Notes: generated from the sequence alone by a model not told the origin. A DNA stretch of 64,000 nucleotides from Nostoc sp. (GCA_036918135.1 JBALDB010000051.1:96001-160000); one strand, 5' to 3'. Shown: positions 51,252 through 62,721, counted from the first letter of the stretch. Program-made: numbers and translations.

Positions 51252-52259
51252 ATGGGGAAATGGAAAGATGGGGAAGCAACAGAAGCGGCGTTGGCAAATG
51301 AGTTGAGGGCAAAAGCTTTTGGAATCACGCCGGAAAATGTAGATGAGGTGATAGAAAAGCGATCGCATTTACTAAAATCTGTTTTGCCAGCTTTTAACGA
51401 GTTCTGCCAAACTACTCTGCAAAGAGAACCCAAGGAAATGTTACAAGTTTTGTGGGACTTGTGGTTGCCTTTGGGGATTAAACTCGCATCGCACCATCAA
51501 CAGTTGGGACGGCCTTTGATTCAGGGAATTTTGGGAGGACAAGGGACTGGAAAAACTACAATGTGCAAAGTTCTCGGCTTGATTCTCCATCAGTTGGGAT
51601 ACCGGACTTTGAGTTTGTCTTTGGATGACTTATATAAAACTTACAGCGATCGCTTACTTTTAACAAAACAAGATCCCCGCTTGATTTGGCGCGGCCCTCC
51701 AGGAACCCATGATATCGACTTAGGTTTAAATGTACTAGACCGAATCCGCGATTTCCAAAGTCCAGTTATGGTTCCCCGATTTGATAAATCTGCTTATGGG
51801 GGTGCTGGCGATCGCACTAATCCAGAAATCGTTACAAACACAGATATAGTACTATTTGAAGGTTGGTTTGTGGGCGTGCGACCAATCGACCCAGATTTAT
51901 TTGATACTGCACCGTCGCCAATTCTCACAGATGAAGATAAAGCATTTGCCCGCGATATGAATCTTCGCCTCCACGATTATCTACCACTGTGGGAGCGATT
52001 AGACAGCTTAATTGTGCTGTATCCCACCGATTACCGCTGTTCTTTGGAGTGGCGCAAACAGGCAGAACACCAGATGATTGCTGCGGGTAAATCGGGGATG
52101 ACCGACACAGAAATAGAGCAATTTGTCAATTACTTTTGGCGATCGCTTCACCCAGAATTATTCATCAAACTGTTAGTAAAAGATGCGACAGCAGTTGATT
52201 TAGTAATTGAGATTAATGGCGATCGGAGTATTGGTAAAGTTTATGGCGATCGGGCTTAG
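51252..52259 (+). CDS. Plant-type D-glycerate 3-kinase
   Basis: GGQGTGKTT P-loop, SLDDLY, RGPPGTHD, PRFDKS...GDR, FEGWFVG. Confidence 0.88.
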   Translation: MGKWKDGEATEAALANELRAKAFGITPENVDEVIEKRSHLLKSVLPAFNEFCQTTLQREPKEMLQVLWDLWLPLGIKLASHHQQLGRPLIQGILGGQGTGKTTMCKVLGLILHQLGYRTLSLSLDDLYKTYSDRLLLTKQDPRLIWRGPPGTHDIDLGLNVLDRIRDFQSPVMVPRFDKSAYGGAGDRTNPEIVTNTDIVLFEGWFVGVRPIDPDLFDTAPSPILTDEDKAFARDMNLRLHDYLPLWERLDSLIVLYPTDYRCSLEWRKQAEHQMIAAGKSGMTDTEIEQFVNYFWRSLHPELFIKLLVKDATAVDLVIEINGDRSIGKVYGDRA

Positions 52260-52337
52260 CGCGTTACTTCTCAAGCAAATCAGCTAAAAACACTATAATT
52301 TGCTTAAGCGTGATTTATTCTACTCCTTAGACCGAAA

Positions 52338-53555
52338 ATGCCAGAGGTATCGTTACGGCTTTTCTTTTCTTACTCTCACAAAGACGAAGCTCTACGGGAT
52401 GAACTAGCTAAACACCTGAGCATATTAGAACGGCAGGGCGTGATTTCAAGCTGGCACGATCGCAAGATACTACCTGGAGAGGAGTGGGATTACCAAATTA
52501 ATGACAATTTAAACACCGCTGACATCATTTTGTTGCTCATCAGTTCAGATTTCCTTTTTTCTAAATATTGCTGGGATGTCGAAGTTAAGAAGGCAATAGA
52601 ACGGCACAATGCTAGAGAGGCTTGTGTTATCCCGGTTATTCTGCGAAGTGTTGATTGGAATGGCGCACCATTTGGAAAACTTCAAGCTTTGCCCAAGAAT
52701 GCTGAACCAGTAGTCTCAAAGAATTGGCACAATCAAGATGAAGCCTTCACAGATGTAGCTAGAGGAATTCGGGCGGCTGCTGAGAAGCTAAAGAAGGAAA
52801 GAGAGGAACAGCAAAAACAGCAAGCAGAAAGGCTACAACTACAGGAACAAGAAGAGGAAACCAGGAAGCTACAACAACAGCAACAAGAACAAGCAGATAG
52901 GCTACGAAGACAGGAAGCAGAAAGATTACGAAAACAACAAGAACAAGAACAAGCAGATAGGTTACAAAGACAACGAGAACAAGAAAAAGCCAACAAGTTG
53001 CAACTACAACAGCAATCTACTGATAACGATCTCCCGTCTGAGAAAGGCGTAGACTATAGACGGTTGCGCGATTTACTTAAAGCAGGGAATTGGAAAGAAG
53101 CGGATCGAGAAACTCTGGCTGTTATGCTCAAAGCCACTGGTAGAGAACAAGAAGGGTGGCTTGATTCTGAATCTGTTGATAATTTTCCTTGCACTGACTT
53201 ACGCACCATTGACCAACTGTGGGTAAAATACAGCAATGGGCACTTTGGGTTTAGTGTGCAAAAGCGAATTTGGGAAAGCGTTGGAAAAGAATACGAAAAG
53301 TTTGGCGATCGCGTCGGATGGCGAAAAGGAATGTTTTATAATAAACAGTGGCTATTATACTCAGACCTGACCTTCACAACAAATTCTCCACAGGGACATT
53401 TGCCTGCGGCACAGTGGGGAATCGAGGTGATCATCCTGAGACCGGAAAAGACTTATGAGGTCACCTGGGGATTCACCTTCAGCGGATCACCTTGGGGGAT
53501 GGGGGATGGTGGAGCGTCTTCTCTCGCGTCGAGACTTGTAAACTGTAACATATAA
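52338..53555 (+). CDS. TIR domain - Q/E/R coiled coil - GUN4 domain protein
   Basis: FFSYSHKDE...WHDRKILPG...SKYCWDVEV (TIR); DYRRLRDLLKAGNWKEADRET...DLRTIDQLWVKYSNGHFGFSVQKRIW...GHLP (GUN4). Confidence 0.92.
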   Translation: MPEVSLRLFFSYSHKDEALRDELAKHLSILERQGVISSWHDRKILPGEEWDYQINDNLNTADIILLLISSDFLFSKYCWDVEVKKAIERHNAREACVIPVILRSVDWNGAPFGKLQALPKNAEPVVSKNWHNQDEAFTDVARGIRAAAEKLKKEREEQQKQQAERLQLQEQEEETRKLQQQQQEQADRLRRQEAERLRKQQEQEQADRLQRQREQEKANKLQLQQQSTDNDLPSEKGVDYRRLRDLLKAGNWKEADRETLAVMLKATGREQEGWLDSESVDNFPCTDLRTIDQLWVKYSNGHFGFSVQKRIWESVGKEYEKFGDRVGWRKGMFYNKQWLLYSDLTFTTNSPQGHLPAAQWGIEVIILRPEKTYEVTWGFTFSGSPWGMGDGGASSLASRLVNCNI

Positions 53556-53910
53556 GGCTTACAGTAAATTGTGAAGATTTACAAACAAGTCATTTCACAC
53601 GAAGTATTGCGGTTTCTATGTTTTCGTTACCTGACACTGTGGCAAAAAAACGTTTTCTCGTTGTGCTTGTAGTACAATGCTAGCTTCTTGGGTGTCATAG
53701 CAATTAGCAAAGATAAATTTGCTTGCTACCTTTTCTATTTCATCGTTACTTGCTTTCCATTCATCCCAAGGTAGTCTCATATTAATTCGTAATTCGTAAT
53801 ACTTCGACTGTGTCATATATTTTTGGTTGATTCAGGCGCAACTCAATTCAAATTCTCTATATAAAACCTATCTTAACCTCTGGCTGATTACCTAAAATAT
53901 AAAAAATTAC

Positions 53911-53934
53911 AGGGTAGCAAAGCTGTGCTACCCT
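53911..53934. terminator. Hairpin downstream of SulP gene
   Basis: agggtagca...tgctaccct stem. Confidence 0.6.
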
Positions 53935-53965
53935 ATCGTAATGAAAATTAAATTTAACTTCAGTG

Positions 53966-55504
53966 CTACAGAGTAAATGGCTTGCGGTTACGTTCTATCA
54001 AACGATCCCATTGCATAGTTAAGGTGCTTCCCATTTTTTCCTGTTGTTTTGCCCACATTGATAATAGGTCGAGGCAAGAGTGATCTATATAAGCCAAGTC
54101 TTGTAAATAAACATGCAATTCACTTCCTGGAGGCACAAGATCTAAAATATTTGCCAATTTTGGTAGCCTGACAAATGTTGCTGCGCCTTGTAAATGAATG
54201 TCTATTCGCTGATTATTTTCGTGCTTAATAACGTGGATGTTCAGCACGGACATTTTGTGAATTAGTAAAATTCCTGTCAACAGAATACCAATCAAAACAC
54301 CCGTAATCAGGTCAGCAACAACAATCATTACTAAAGTGGCAAAAAATATCACTAGAGGAAAACGTCCATACTTTTTTAACTGGCGAATATGTTCTACTTC
54401 GATTAGTTTGTAACCAGTAAAAACTAGAATTGCCGCCAAGCTAGAAATAGGAATTATTCTCAGCAAGCCTGGGGCTGCAATCACTAAAATTAACAGCCAT
54501 AGTCCGTGAAGCATCGTCGATAATCTCGTTTTAGCACCGGCTTCTACGTTTACAGAACTGCGGGCTATGACTCCTGTCATCGGCAAAGCACCCAAGAACC
54601 CACAGATAATATTGCCAATTCCCTGGGCTGTTAATTCGCGATCGAAATTGGTTCTTCGACCTGTATGCAGTCGATCTACCGCTACGGCTGAAAGCAAACT
54701 TTCTGTACTAGCAATGAATGCAATCACCATCGCATCCAGCAAAACCGATCCCTGAATTAAGCGTGGGAAACTGGCTGGTGTCGGTAATTGAATTGCTTGT
54801 GCTAAATTTGCAGGTACATCAACATACTGAATCGGTAATCGATATATTGTGGCGATCGCAGTGGCAATTACAACCCCAACAAGCCCACCAGGTATCAACT
54901 TCAAACTCCTGGGTTTAAATTTTTCCCACAGCAGAAGACTGATAATGGTTGTTATCCCGATGAATGCTGCAATGTGATGAACGCTACCATCAATCGGAAA
55001 CAAAGCTTTGTAAATGGTGTTGGGAATAGAAATTAAATTATCAATGCCATGTATACGCGGTTTGTCGTCTAGCATGACATGAAATTGGGAAGCGAAGATT
55101 AATACCCCAATACCTGCAAGCATTCCATAAATTACAGCTGGTGACATGGCGCGAAACAATTGCCCAAGTTTAAATTTACCCGCGAGTAATTGGATTAAAC
55201 CCGCTAGCAGCAGAATTGGCCCAATCATTTCAATGCCATATTGTTGAACTATTTCGGCAACAATCACAGCTAGCCCAGCAGCCGGGCCGCTAACAAGCAA
55301 AGGAGAACCAGAAACAGTACCAACAATAATTCCGCCTACTATTCCTGTAACTAAGCCGCGAGATGGCGGAAGTCCCGAAGCGATCGCAATACCCATACAA
55401 AGAGGGAGGGCGACAAGAAATACCACAAATGATGCTGGTACTTCACTAGTAAATGAGTATTTGTCTATAATTGCTTTCAAATTTCTCATTTGCTTCTCCT
55501 CCAA
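53966..55504 (-). CDS. SulP/SLC26 family anion transporter (start may be 55489)
   Basis: VVFLVALPLCMGIAIASG, VSGPAAG, RELTAQGIGN, VIARSSVN, short STAS-like tail. Confidence 0.92.
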   Translation of the reverse strand: MEEKQMRNLKAIIDKYSFTSEVPASFVVFLVALPLCMGIAIASGLPPSRGLVTGIVGGIIVGTVSGSPLLVSGPAAGLAVIVAEIVQQYGIEMIGPILLLAGLIQLLAGKFKLGQLFRAMSPAVIYGMLAGIGVLIFASQFHVMLDDKPRIHGIDNLISIPNTIYKALFPIDGSVHHIAAFIGITTIISLLLWEKFKPRSLKLIPGGLVGVVIATAIATIYRLPIQYVDVPANLAQAIQLPTPASFPRLIQGSVLLDAMVIAFIASTESLLSAVAVDRLHTGRRTNFDRELTAQGIGNIICGFLGALPMTGVIARSSVNVEAGAKTRLSTMLHGLWLLILVIAAPGLLRIIPISSLAAILVFTGYKLIEVEHIRQLKKYGRFPLVIFFATLVMIVVADLITGVLIGILLTGILLIHKMSVLNIHVIKHENNQRIDIHLQGAATFVRLPKLANILDLVPPGSELHVYLQDLAYIDHSCLDLLSMWAKQQEKMGSTLTMQWDRLIERNRKPFTL

Positions 55505-55946
55505 TAAAAAGTTTTTAATTTTTGACTAGACAAACTGAACCATTACAATGCAGCGGAAACTATGCTTGCATTGAATAGTTCAAACATATTTACTAAGTTT
55601 TAATTACGGTATAGTTTTACTGATAATATATTCAGCCCTCACATCCCAAACACGAAATCATTAAGCTCAATCAAATTGTATTTATAGCTACTATTTACAT
55701 TTCTTAATGATTACAAACCCATGATAACAGTAGAGTTATCTAATTGATAATAGATAACTTTTTCTATTCGATTTGCAGCAAAATGTAAAGTAAATCTAGA
55801 CAATAACTTAGATTCGCGAGAAAAAAGGTATAATGTATCATCCTCAGGTTTGATTTTTCTGAGGAATTTTAACTCCATCTAAACTAGCTTTCTAAGCATA
55901 TTGATTGTTATTCCCTAGTTTTTGAGAAAGGATTTTTGTAAGTACT

Positions 55947-57443
55947 TTAGCGTTTGACGGGATTCATCCAAGCTTCTAATCGGCTAAATGCTTGGGAAGA
56001 AAGTAGGGTCAAACATAAATAAACCACTGCCACACCCGTGTAAATTTCAAAAGCGCGATAGTTGTCAGCAACAATTAGCTGTCCTTTGCGGAACAATTCT
56101 TCAAAACCAATAACTGCAACTAAACTTGTATCTTTTAACAAACTGATAAATTCATTACCCAAAGGTGGAATCATCCGCCGGAAAGCTTGGGGAAAAATCA
56201 CATAACTCATGGTTTGCACAGAAGTTAAACCTAGTGATTGTGCTGCTTCAGCTTGTCCTGTTTCAATCGATTGAATCCCAGCCCGCACAACTTCAGCAAT
56301 ATAAGCCCCGCTATTCAAACTTAAAGCAATGACTCCAGCAACTAAGCGATCGAAAGTAAATGTCAAACCAAATTCTTGGAAAATTGCCGGTAACCCAAAG
56401 TAAATCATAAAAATTTGCACCAGCAAAGGTGTTCCCCGGAAAAAATCTACATACGCCCTCGCTATCCAACGCACAGGTGCAACATGAGAAAGGCGGACAA
56501 TACCAATTAAGGAACCACCAATCAAACCAAACACTACAGAAAGTATCGTCAATTGCAAGGTTACCAAAGCACCCTGCAATAGAGTTGGAACAGCCTGTAA
56601 AATCACGCTAATTGAAGTTAATATTTTGGGTGCGCCAGCGTTAGTTTGATTTTCAAACGGTGATTTAGCTGGTAATGATGGCGGTTCGGCTTTAAACCAT
56701 TTTTGGTAAATTTGGGTATAAGTGCCTTTGAGGACTTTATCCAAACCATCATTGATTAATGTCAAATAAGGCGAATTTTTCGCTGTACCAATTCCATAAA
56801 ACTCCTCTGTCAGCAATTGCTGTACAACTTTAATTTCCTTCAAATTGCCCGTATTAATGGCATATAAAGTCACAGGTGCATCATTAATTACCGCATCTAC
56901 ATTTCCATTGACCAATTCTTGTAAAGCTAAAGGTGCTGAATCAAAACTGCGAATTTGCACCCCAGGAATACTTTTAGCTTTGGCGGCACCAGTTGTGCCG
57001 ATTTGGACGGCAATTTTTTTGTTTTTAAGACTATCAAAGCCAGTGATATTTTGATTATCGGTGCGGATGGCGATCGCTAACCCCGCTTTAAAATAAGGAC
57101 GGGAAAAAGAAACTGTTTTCGCCCTTTCCTGGGTAATCGTAATCGAACTAATGGCAGCATCTACCGTTTTGGCTTGGAGTGCTGGGATAATGCCATCAAA
57201 AGGCAAACTTTGAAAATTTACTTTAAAGTTAGCAGCAGTGGCGATCGCATTCATCAAATCAATGGAAAATCCTTGTAACTCACCACCTTTTCCTTGAAAC
57301 TCGAAAGGTGGAAACGCTGGTTCGGTAGCAACTCGCAGAGTTTTCCCCGCACCAGTATTTGCACTACAGCCAGTCAGTAACAAACAGCTAAAACCTAGAA
57401 TTACACATAAAGACAGCCAACGGATAAAACCAAATTTAGACAT
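55947..57443 (-). CDS. bgtB: Polar/basic amino acid ABC transporter, fused substrate-binding + permease (BgtB-like)
   Basis: VATEPAFPPFEF binding domain followed by FFRGTPLLVQ and AYIAEVVRAGIQSIETGQAEAAQSLG. Confidence 0.8.
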   Translation of the reverse strand: MSKFGFIRWLSLCVILGFSCLLLTGCSANTGAGKTLRVATEPAFPPFEFQGKGGELQGFSIDLMNAIATAANFKVNFQSLPFDGIIPALQAKTVDAAISSITITQERAKTVSFSRPYFKAGLAIAIRTDNQNITGFDSLKNKKIAVQIGTTGAAKAKSIPGVQIRSFDSAPLALQELVNGNVDAVINDAPVTLYAINTGNLKEIKVVQQLLTEEFYGIGTAKNSPYLTLINDGLDKVLKGTYTQIYQKWFKAEPPSLPAKSPFENQTNAGAPKILTSISVILQAVPTLLQGALVTLQLTILSVVFGLIGGSLIGIVRLSHVAPVRWIARAYVDFFRGTPLLVQIFMIYFGLPAIFQEFGLTFTFDRLVAGVIALSLNSGAYIAEVVRAGIQSIETGQAEAAQSLGLTSVQTMSYVIFPQAFRRMIPPLGNEFISLLKDTSLVAVIGFEELFRKGQLIVADNYRAFEIYTGVAVVYLCLTLLSSQAFSRLEAWMNPVKR

Positions 57444-57558
57444 GTTTGTTAAACCTTTTATTTCTCACGCAAAGTCCCAAAGGCGCAAAGAAGAAGAATA
57501 TTAAACAAAGACTGTCTTAGCGCTTTGTTAAAAACCTTACAATTAACTTTAGAGCAGC

Positions 57559-58332
57559 TTGACACAGCCAATGAACAATTCTATCTCCCCAATTATTTTT
57601 GACAATATTGAAAAAAGCTTTGGTTCCTTAAAAGTCCTCAAAGGAATCACAGGCGAAATCAAGCGGGGAGAAGTTGTTGCAGTTATTGGTTCTTCAGGCT
57701 GTGGTAAAAGTACTCTCCTGCGCTGCTTCAACCGCTTAGAAAAGATTGACAATGGACGCTTGATAGTCAACGGGATCGATATATCGCAATCCACTGTCAA
57801 CTATAGCCAACTGCGGCAACTGCGGACACAAGTAGGTATGGTTTTTCAGCAATTCAATTTGTTTCCCCATCTAAGTGTCCTGGAAAATATGACACTTGCA
57901 CCGCGTAAAGTCTTGGGGAAAACACCGAAAGAAAGCGCTCAACTAGCAGGATTATATCTGGAAAAAGTCGGTTTATTTGACAAAGCCTCTGCTTATCCCG
58001 AACAACTTTCTGGCGGACAAAAACAACGAGTAGCGATCGCCCGTAGTTTATGTATGAATCCCCAGATCATGTTATTCGATGAACCCACCAGCGCCTTAGA
58101 TCCGGAACTCGTAGGTGAAGTTCTCCAAGTGATGCAACAATTAGCAGCAGAAGGGATGACAATGGTGGTTGTTACGCATGAAATGCAGTTTGCTAAAGAA
58201 GTAGCGCATCAAGTGATATTTTTAGATCGAGGTATTGTGGCAGAACAAGGTTCAGCCTACGAAGTTCTCACCAATCCCCAAAGCGATCGCCTGCGTACTT
58301 TCCTCAGTCGCCTTCAAATAATTCGCAATTAA
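57559..58332 (+). CDS. Amino acid ABC transporter ATP-binding protein (GlnQ/BgtA-like)
   Basis: [32 protein letters not shown]. Confidence 0.92.
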   Translation: MTQPMNNSISPIIFDNIEKSFGSLKVLKGITGEIKRGEVVAVIGSSGCGKSTLLRCFNRLEKIDNGRLIVNGIDISQSTVNYSQLRQLRTQVGMVFQQFNLFPHLSVLENMTLAPRKVLGKTPKESAQLAGLYLEKVGLFDKASAYPEQLSGGQKQRVAIARSLCMNPQIMLFDEPTSALDPELVGEVLQVMQQLAAEGMTMVVVTHEMQFAKEVAHQVIFLDRGIVAEQGSAYEVLTNPQSDRLRTFLSRLQIIRN

Positions 58333-58389
58333 AGGTAGAGAGACGCGATTATCGCGTTTACCTACGCGTTTCTACCTACTCTCCATTTT

Positions 58390-58590
58390 TTAAAGATATT
58401 CACGCAAGAAATCAAAGGGGTCGTCTTCCCAACAAGGTTCAGGTATCAGCCAAAACAAATTACTGTGGATGTCGTCTTCAATTTCATCACCATCATCTCT
58501 CTCAAATAGTTCTATTAAAGCTGTCCAATCACGGTCTCTAAGTGATGTTAAGGATGGGGTATATACCTGGAGATTAGTTGAGTAATTCAC
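58390..58590 (-). CDS. Small acidic hypothetical protein
   Basis: 66-aa ORF with GTG start ending WLIPEPCWEDDPFDFLREYL. Confidence 0.5.
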   Translation of the reverse strand: MNYSTNLQVYTPSLTSLRDRDWTALIELFERDDGDEIEDDIHSNLFWLIPEPCWEDDPFDFLREYL

Positions 58591-58925
58591 GCGCGAATTT
58601 GTAATTTAGTGCTGCAAAATGCTAGTTTAATCGAATAAATTCCGAATTTAGAATCCAGAAGTTAGAATTAAGAAGATTTTGATACTCAAGCTTAGCAATT
58701 TTAAAAAACTAAGGTTTTACAAGCTATTAATTTTCTAACCATTCGCAATTCTGATTTCTGACTCCTCAATTCTTACGTTTAATGCTTTGTAAAAAATTAG
58801 ATTCTAACTTTGATAACCGTAGTTAAGTAGATACCTTGATATTCTCAACGATAGATGACTTTTACGAGTGTCTCACAATTTAAATCAGACTGGTATAGTA
58901 TTTATTACATAATTTCCAGCTTAAT

Positions 58926-59615
58926 TTATCTACACTCAAAAAATCCTTGCGGCTGCGATACTATTTCTACTCCAAACACTTCTGCAAAGCACTGTGCTAC
59001 ATAAAAACGCACTTCTTCGCAAGTAATACTCGGAATCCATTCGGCTAAACTGCCTAGAGGTTTATCAGAAATTCCACAGGGTACAATGCGCTCAAAGCCT
59101 GTCATATCCGGACAAACATTTAATGCAAAGCCGTGCATGGTAATCCAACGGCTAACTTTAATCCCAATAGCTGCAACTTTTCGCCCTTGTAACCAAACAC
59201 CAGTAAAAGCCGGAATTCTTTCTCCCTGCAATTTATAAACTGCCAATACGCGAATTAACACTTCTTCAAGTTGCCGTAAGTACCAATGGAGGTCTTTACT
59301 GTAACGTTGCAGATTTAAAATTGGATACCCCACCAGTTGACCGGGACAATGGTAAGTAACTTCGCCACCTCGTTCCACTCTATGCACATCATACTGATTT
59401 TTGTCAATATTAAATTTTAAAAAATCTGAATTGGCTCCTTGTCCTAAAGTGTAGACAGGCGGATGTTCTAGGAGAATCAACACGTCATCTAAACTGGGGT
59501 CATGGATGCGATCGCCTTGGAGCGATCGCTGCCATTCATGAGCTTCTAAGTAAGGCATTAATCCTTGGTTATACAGCAAACAACGGTTTTTGTGTGGTTT
59601 ATTACTATCGCTCAT
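58926..59615 (-). CDS. lipB: Octanoyltransferase LipB
   Basis: [47 protein letters not shown] 59615 preferred. Confidence 0.96.
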   Translation of the reverse strand: MSDSNKPHKNRCLLYNQGLMPYLEAHEWQRSLQGDRIHDPSLDDVLILLEHPPVYTLGQGANSDFLKFNIDKNQYDVHRVERGGEVTYHCPGQLVGYPILNLQRYSKDLHWYLRQLEEVLIRVLAVYKLQGERIPAFTGVWLQGRKVAAIGIKVSRWITMHGFALNVCPDMTGFERIVPCGISDKPLGSLAEWIPSITCEEVRFYVAQCFAEVFGVEIVSQPQGFFECR

Positions 59616-60228
59616 ACTAAAAATCAACTGTGTAAGGAATGAAATATATTTCAAGTTGCAGGAATGCAATCAAAAAATGTCAAGCTTTGCAAAGGATTTT
59701 AAAGGAAAGTCAAGGGAAGATGCATTAGAAAATACAAAATGCTAGCTTGAATATATAACCTCAATAGGTGTTGGGAGGAATTCTCTACAATCAGCATCAG
59801 ACCAAAAGAATAGAAATGAATGCACTGGCTGATGACTCTAATAAAATTGCTTACATTTCAAACAAAATCTACTTCCACAAGACTTGTGTTCTTCTATTAA
59901 CAGCGAGCAAACCTCAATCGAACACAAAAGGAGCAATTATCAACAGTTCTGTAAGTTTTGCTTTCAACGTAAAAGTAGTTACAGCTGCTACTGCTAAGAT
60001 TTATTTAACAAAAAGTTCTAAGTGGATATCCAATTGGATATCAGCGCAGAGATGAGGAGGTAAATTAAGGATATACTTGGCAAAAACTCACATGCAGTCA
60101 GCTTAGAGACAGTTTAGCAGTAATACATCATAATAGTTCACAATTTGTTTTGGCGGAAGTGATAGACCTTACCGTAACTTTTCATACAAAGCAAATTCAC
60201 ACATCAAATATTCAGCGGGAGAGTTTAC

Positions 60229-60867
60229 ATGAAGCTTGTCATCCACGGCAAAAATATTGAAATCACCGATGCAATTCGTGAGTATGTACATCAAAAAATT
60301 GAAAAAGCAGTTAATCACTTTCAGAATATTACAAATGAAGTGGATGTGCATCTGAGCGTAGCCCGGAATCCCCGAATTAATCCTAGACAAGCAGCTGAAG
60401 TAACTATTTTTGCTAATGGTAGCGTCATCCGTGCGGAGGAAAGCAGCGAAAACTTATACGCCAGCATTGACTTAGTTGCAGATAAAATTGCGCGTCAACT
60501 GCGGAAATATAAAGAACGGCGTCAAGATCATAAAACTCATGCCCAACCAACAGAAGAAGTTGTTACAGAGTCGGTAGTCACAGATTTAATTGGCGATCGC
60601 ACTCCCGAACTACCCGACGAAGTCGTCCGCACCAAATATTTCTCCATGCCTCCCATGAACCTTGCAGAAGCTTTAGAACAACTGCAACTCGTAGGACATG
60701 ACTTTTATATGTTCCGTAATGTTGAAACAGGCGAGATAAATGTCATTTACGAACGCAACCACGGTGGTTATGGTGTGATTCAACCTCATGGTAATAGTCA
60801 TACCAATGGCAAGAATGGTAAGTCAGCCAATATCGGCACATCAGAAAAGTCGCATTTGAGTAAATAA
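60229..60867 (+). CDS. lrtA: Ribosome hibernation factor (long HPF / LrtA)
   Basis: [36 protein letters not shown]-terminal EALEQL..GHDFYMF. Confidence 0.96.
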   Translation: MKLVIHGKNIEITDAIREYVHQKIEKAVNHFQNITNEVDVHLSVARNPRINPRQAAEVTIFANGSVIRAEESSENLYASIDLVADKIARQLRKYKERRQDHKTHAQPTEEVVTESVVTDLIGDRTPELPDEVVRTKYFSMPPMNLAEALEQLQLVGHDFYMFRNVETGEINVIYERNHGGYGVIQPHGNSHTNGKNGKSANIGTSEKSHLSK

Positions 60868-60875
60868 GCGCTAGG

Positions 60876-61008
60876 GGATTGGGTATCGGGAGTGTGAGAG
60901 GAAAAGGAGGATAGGGAGGAGAAGGAAGTGTGGGAGGATGGGGAAGAAATCTTGCTCCCCTCTCCCCACACTCCCCCATCTCCCCACACTCCCTACACTC
61001 CCCACACT
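60876..61008. repeat. Purine/pyrimidine-rich STRR-type element, inverted copy of 62724-62866
   Basis: ggtatcgggagtgtgagagg...aagaaatcttgctcccc matches the reverse complement of 62724-62866. Confidence 0.75.
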
Positions 61009-61016
61009 TTCATTTC

Positions 61017-61475
61017 CTATTTCACAAGTTGTTGCAGCGTTTTTAGCGCTTCCTCAACGTGACCTTTAAAGTTAAACATTGAATTAAATACATATTGCAC
61101 AACTCCTTGTTCATCAATAACGTAAGTAACGCGACCAGGGAACAAGCCGAAGGCCGCTGTTGCACCATATAGTTTTCGTACTTGGTCGCCTTTGTCGGTC
61201 AACAGGGTAAAAGGTAGATTGTACTTAGCTGCAAATTTTTGGTGAGATTCTGTGGAGTCACCACTGACGCCGAGAACTTCAGCACCAGTGCTTTTAAAAA
61301 CTTCATACTGGTCGCGAAAGGCGCAGGATTCAGATGTACAACCGGGTGTGTCGTCCTTGGGATAAAAATATAGGACAACGGCTTTTTTGCCACGAAAATC
61401 CTGGAGGCTCACGGTTGAGCCGTTTTGAGCAGGTAGACTGAAATTAGGAGCGGTATCTCCAACTTTGATTGACAT
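61017..61475 (-). CDS. bcp: Peroxiredoxin Q / BCP
   Basis: [20 protein letters not shown]. Confidence 0.93.
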   Translation of the reverse strand: MSIKVGDTAPNFSLPAQNGSTVSLQDFRGKKAVVLYFYPKDDTPGCTSESCAFRDQYEVFKSTGAEVLGVSGDSTESHQKFAAKYNLPFTLLTDKGDQVRKLYGATAAFGLFPGRVTYVIDEQGVVQYVFNSMFNFKGHVEEALKTLQQLVK

Positions 61476-61593
61476 AGCAAGTAATAGTAGTTAGTTAACA
61501 AAATTTTACCTTGTATCTAATTCTATAAATTTTGCTTGATTAGCTGCATCAAGCGGAGTAGCTTGGATACTCATCTAACACAAAATTCCGCTT

Positions 61594-62721
61594 ATGCGCC
61601 TGAATTCACTGGATGTTTTTCGCGGTATTACTATTGCTGGGATGATTCTCGTCAACATGATGGGAGTTGCAGATGACGTATATCCTCCCTTCGCCCATGC
61701 TGATTGGCACGGGTGTACACCAACTGACTTGGTATTCCCGTTTTTCCTCTTCATAATCGGTGTAGCAATGACTTTTTCTCTATCGAAATACACCGAAGCT
61801 AATAAACCACACTCAACTGTTTACTTGCGGATATTTCGCCGCGCCGCCATTCTTTTTGTTTTGGGATTGCTACTAAATGGCTTTTGGAATCAGGGTGTTT
61901 GGACTTTTGATTTAAGTAGCATCCGGTTGATGGGGGTGTTGCAGCGTATCAGTATTACCTATCTGCTGGCTTGTTTGATAGTTCTCAACCTCCCGCGTAA
62001 AAGTCAATGGATACTAGCAGCAGTGCTACTCATCGGCTACTGGCTAACGATGATGTATCTACCAGTGCCAGATTATAGGGCGGGAGTGCTGACGCGGGAA
62101 GGAAATTTCGGCGCTTATGTTGACCGCTTAATTATTCCGAAAGCACATCTATATAAAGGTGATGGTTTCAAATTTATGGGAGATCCAGAGGGACTTTTTA
62201 GTACTATTCCTGCGATAGTAAGTGTCCTGGCTGGTTATTTCACTGGGCAATGGATACGCACTCAGCCTGTACAGTCGCGCACGAGTATCGGGTTAGGATT
62301 ATTTGGAGTTGGTTGTTTAATTATTGGTTGGGCGTGGGGGTGGACATTCCCGATTAATAAAAAACTGTGGACAAGTTCTTACGTGGTATTTACAACAGGT
62401 TGGGCATTATTGTTGCTAGCAGCTTGTTATCAACTCATCGAAGTACGGTTGATACGTCGCTGGGGTAAACCTTTTGAAATTATGGGTTTAAATGCGATCG
62501 CTCTTTTCGTTGCCTCTGTTTTATTAATTAAAATCTTAGTCAAAACTACTATCGGCACAGGAGAAAACGCTCCTAGTACCTACAATTGGATTTACCAGAA
62601 TTTTTTTGCATCTTGGGCGGGGGCGCTTAATGGTTCCCTGTTGTTTGGAATAGTCACAGTGTTGTTGTGGTGGGCTGTTGGTGCTGTAATGTATCGCCAA
62701 CGGTGGTTTATTAGGGTGTAA
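61594..62721 (+). CDS. HGSNAT-like / DUF5009 membrane acyltransferase
   Basis: RLNSLDVFRG, HADWHG.TPTDLVFPFF, GVLQRI, DPEG, PINKKLWTSS. Confidence 0.88.
   Translation: MRLNSLDVFRGITIAGMILVNMMGVADDVYPPFAHADWHGCTPTDLVFPFFLFIIGVAMTFSLSKYTEANKPHSTVYLRIFRRAAILFVLGLLLNGFWNQGVWTFDLSSIRLMGVLQRISITYLLACLIVLNLPRKSQWILAAVLLIGYWLTMMYLPVPDYRAGVLTREGNFGAYVDRLIIPKAHLYKGDGFKFMGDPEGLFSTIPAIVSVLAGYFTGQWIRTQPVQSRTSIGLGLFGVGCLIIGWAWGWTFPINKKLWTSSYVVFTTGWALLLLAACYQLIEVRLIRRWGKPFEIMGLNAIALFVASVLLIKILVKTTIGTGENAPSTYNWIYQNFFASWAGALNGSLLFGIVTVLLWWAVGAVMYRQRWFIRV

Noticed and set aside
53616..53816. 66-aa ORF
   Set aside because: Begins in heptamer repeats and has no recognisable domain; possibly a decayed fragment but unsupported
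59768..60055. 95-aa ORF upstream of lrtA
   Set aside because: No motif; more likely lrtA/lipB promoter and leader region
60743..60989. Pro/Ser-rich ORFs here and at 62536-62920
   Set aside because: Translations of the STRR-type repeats
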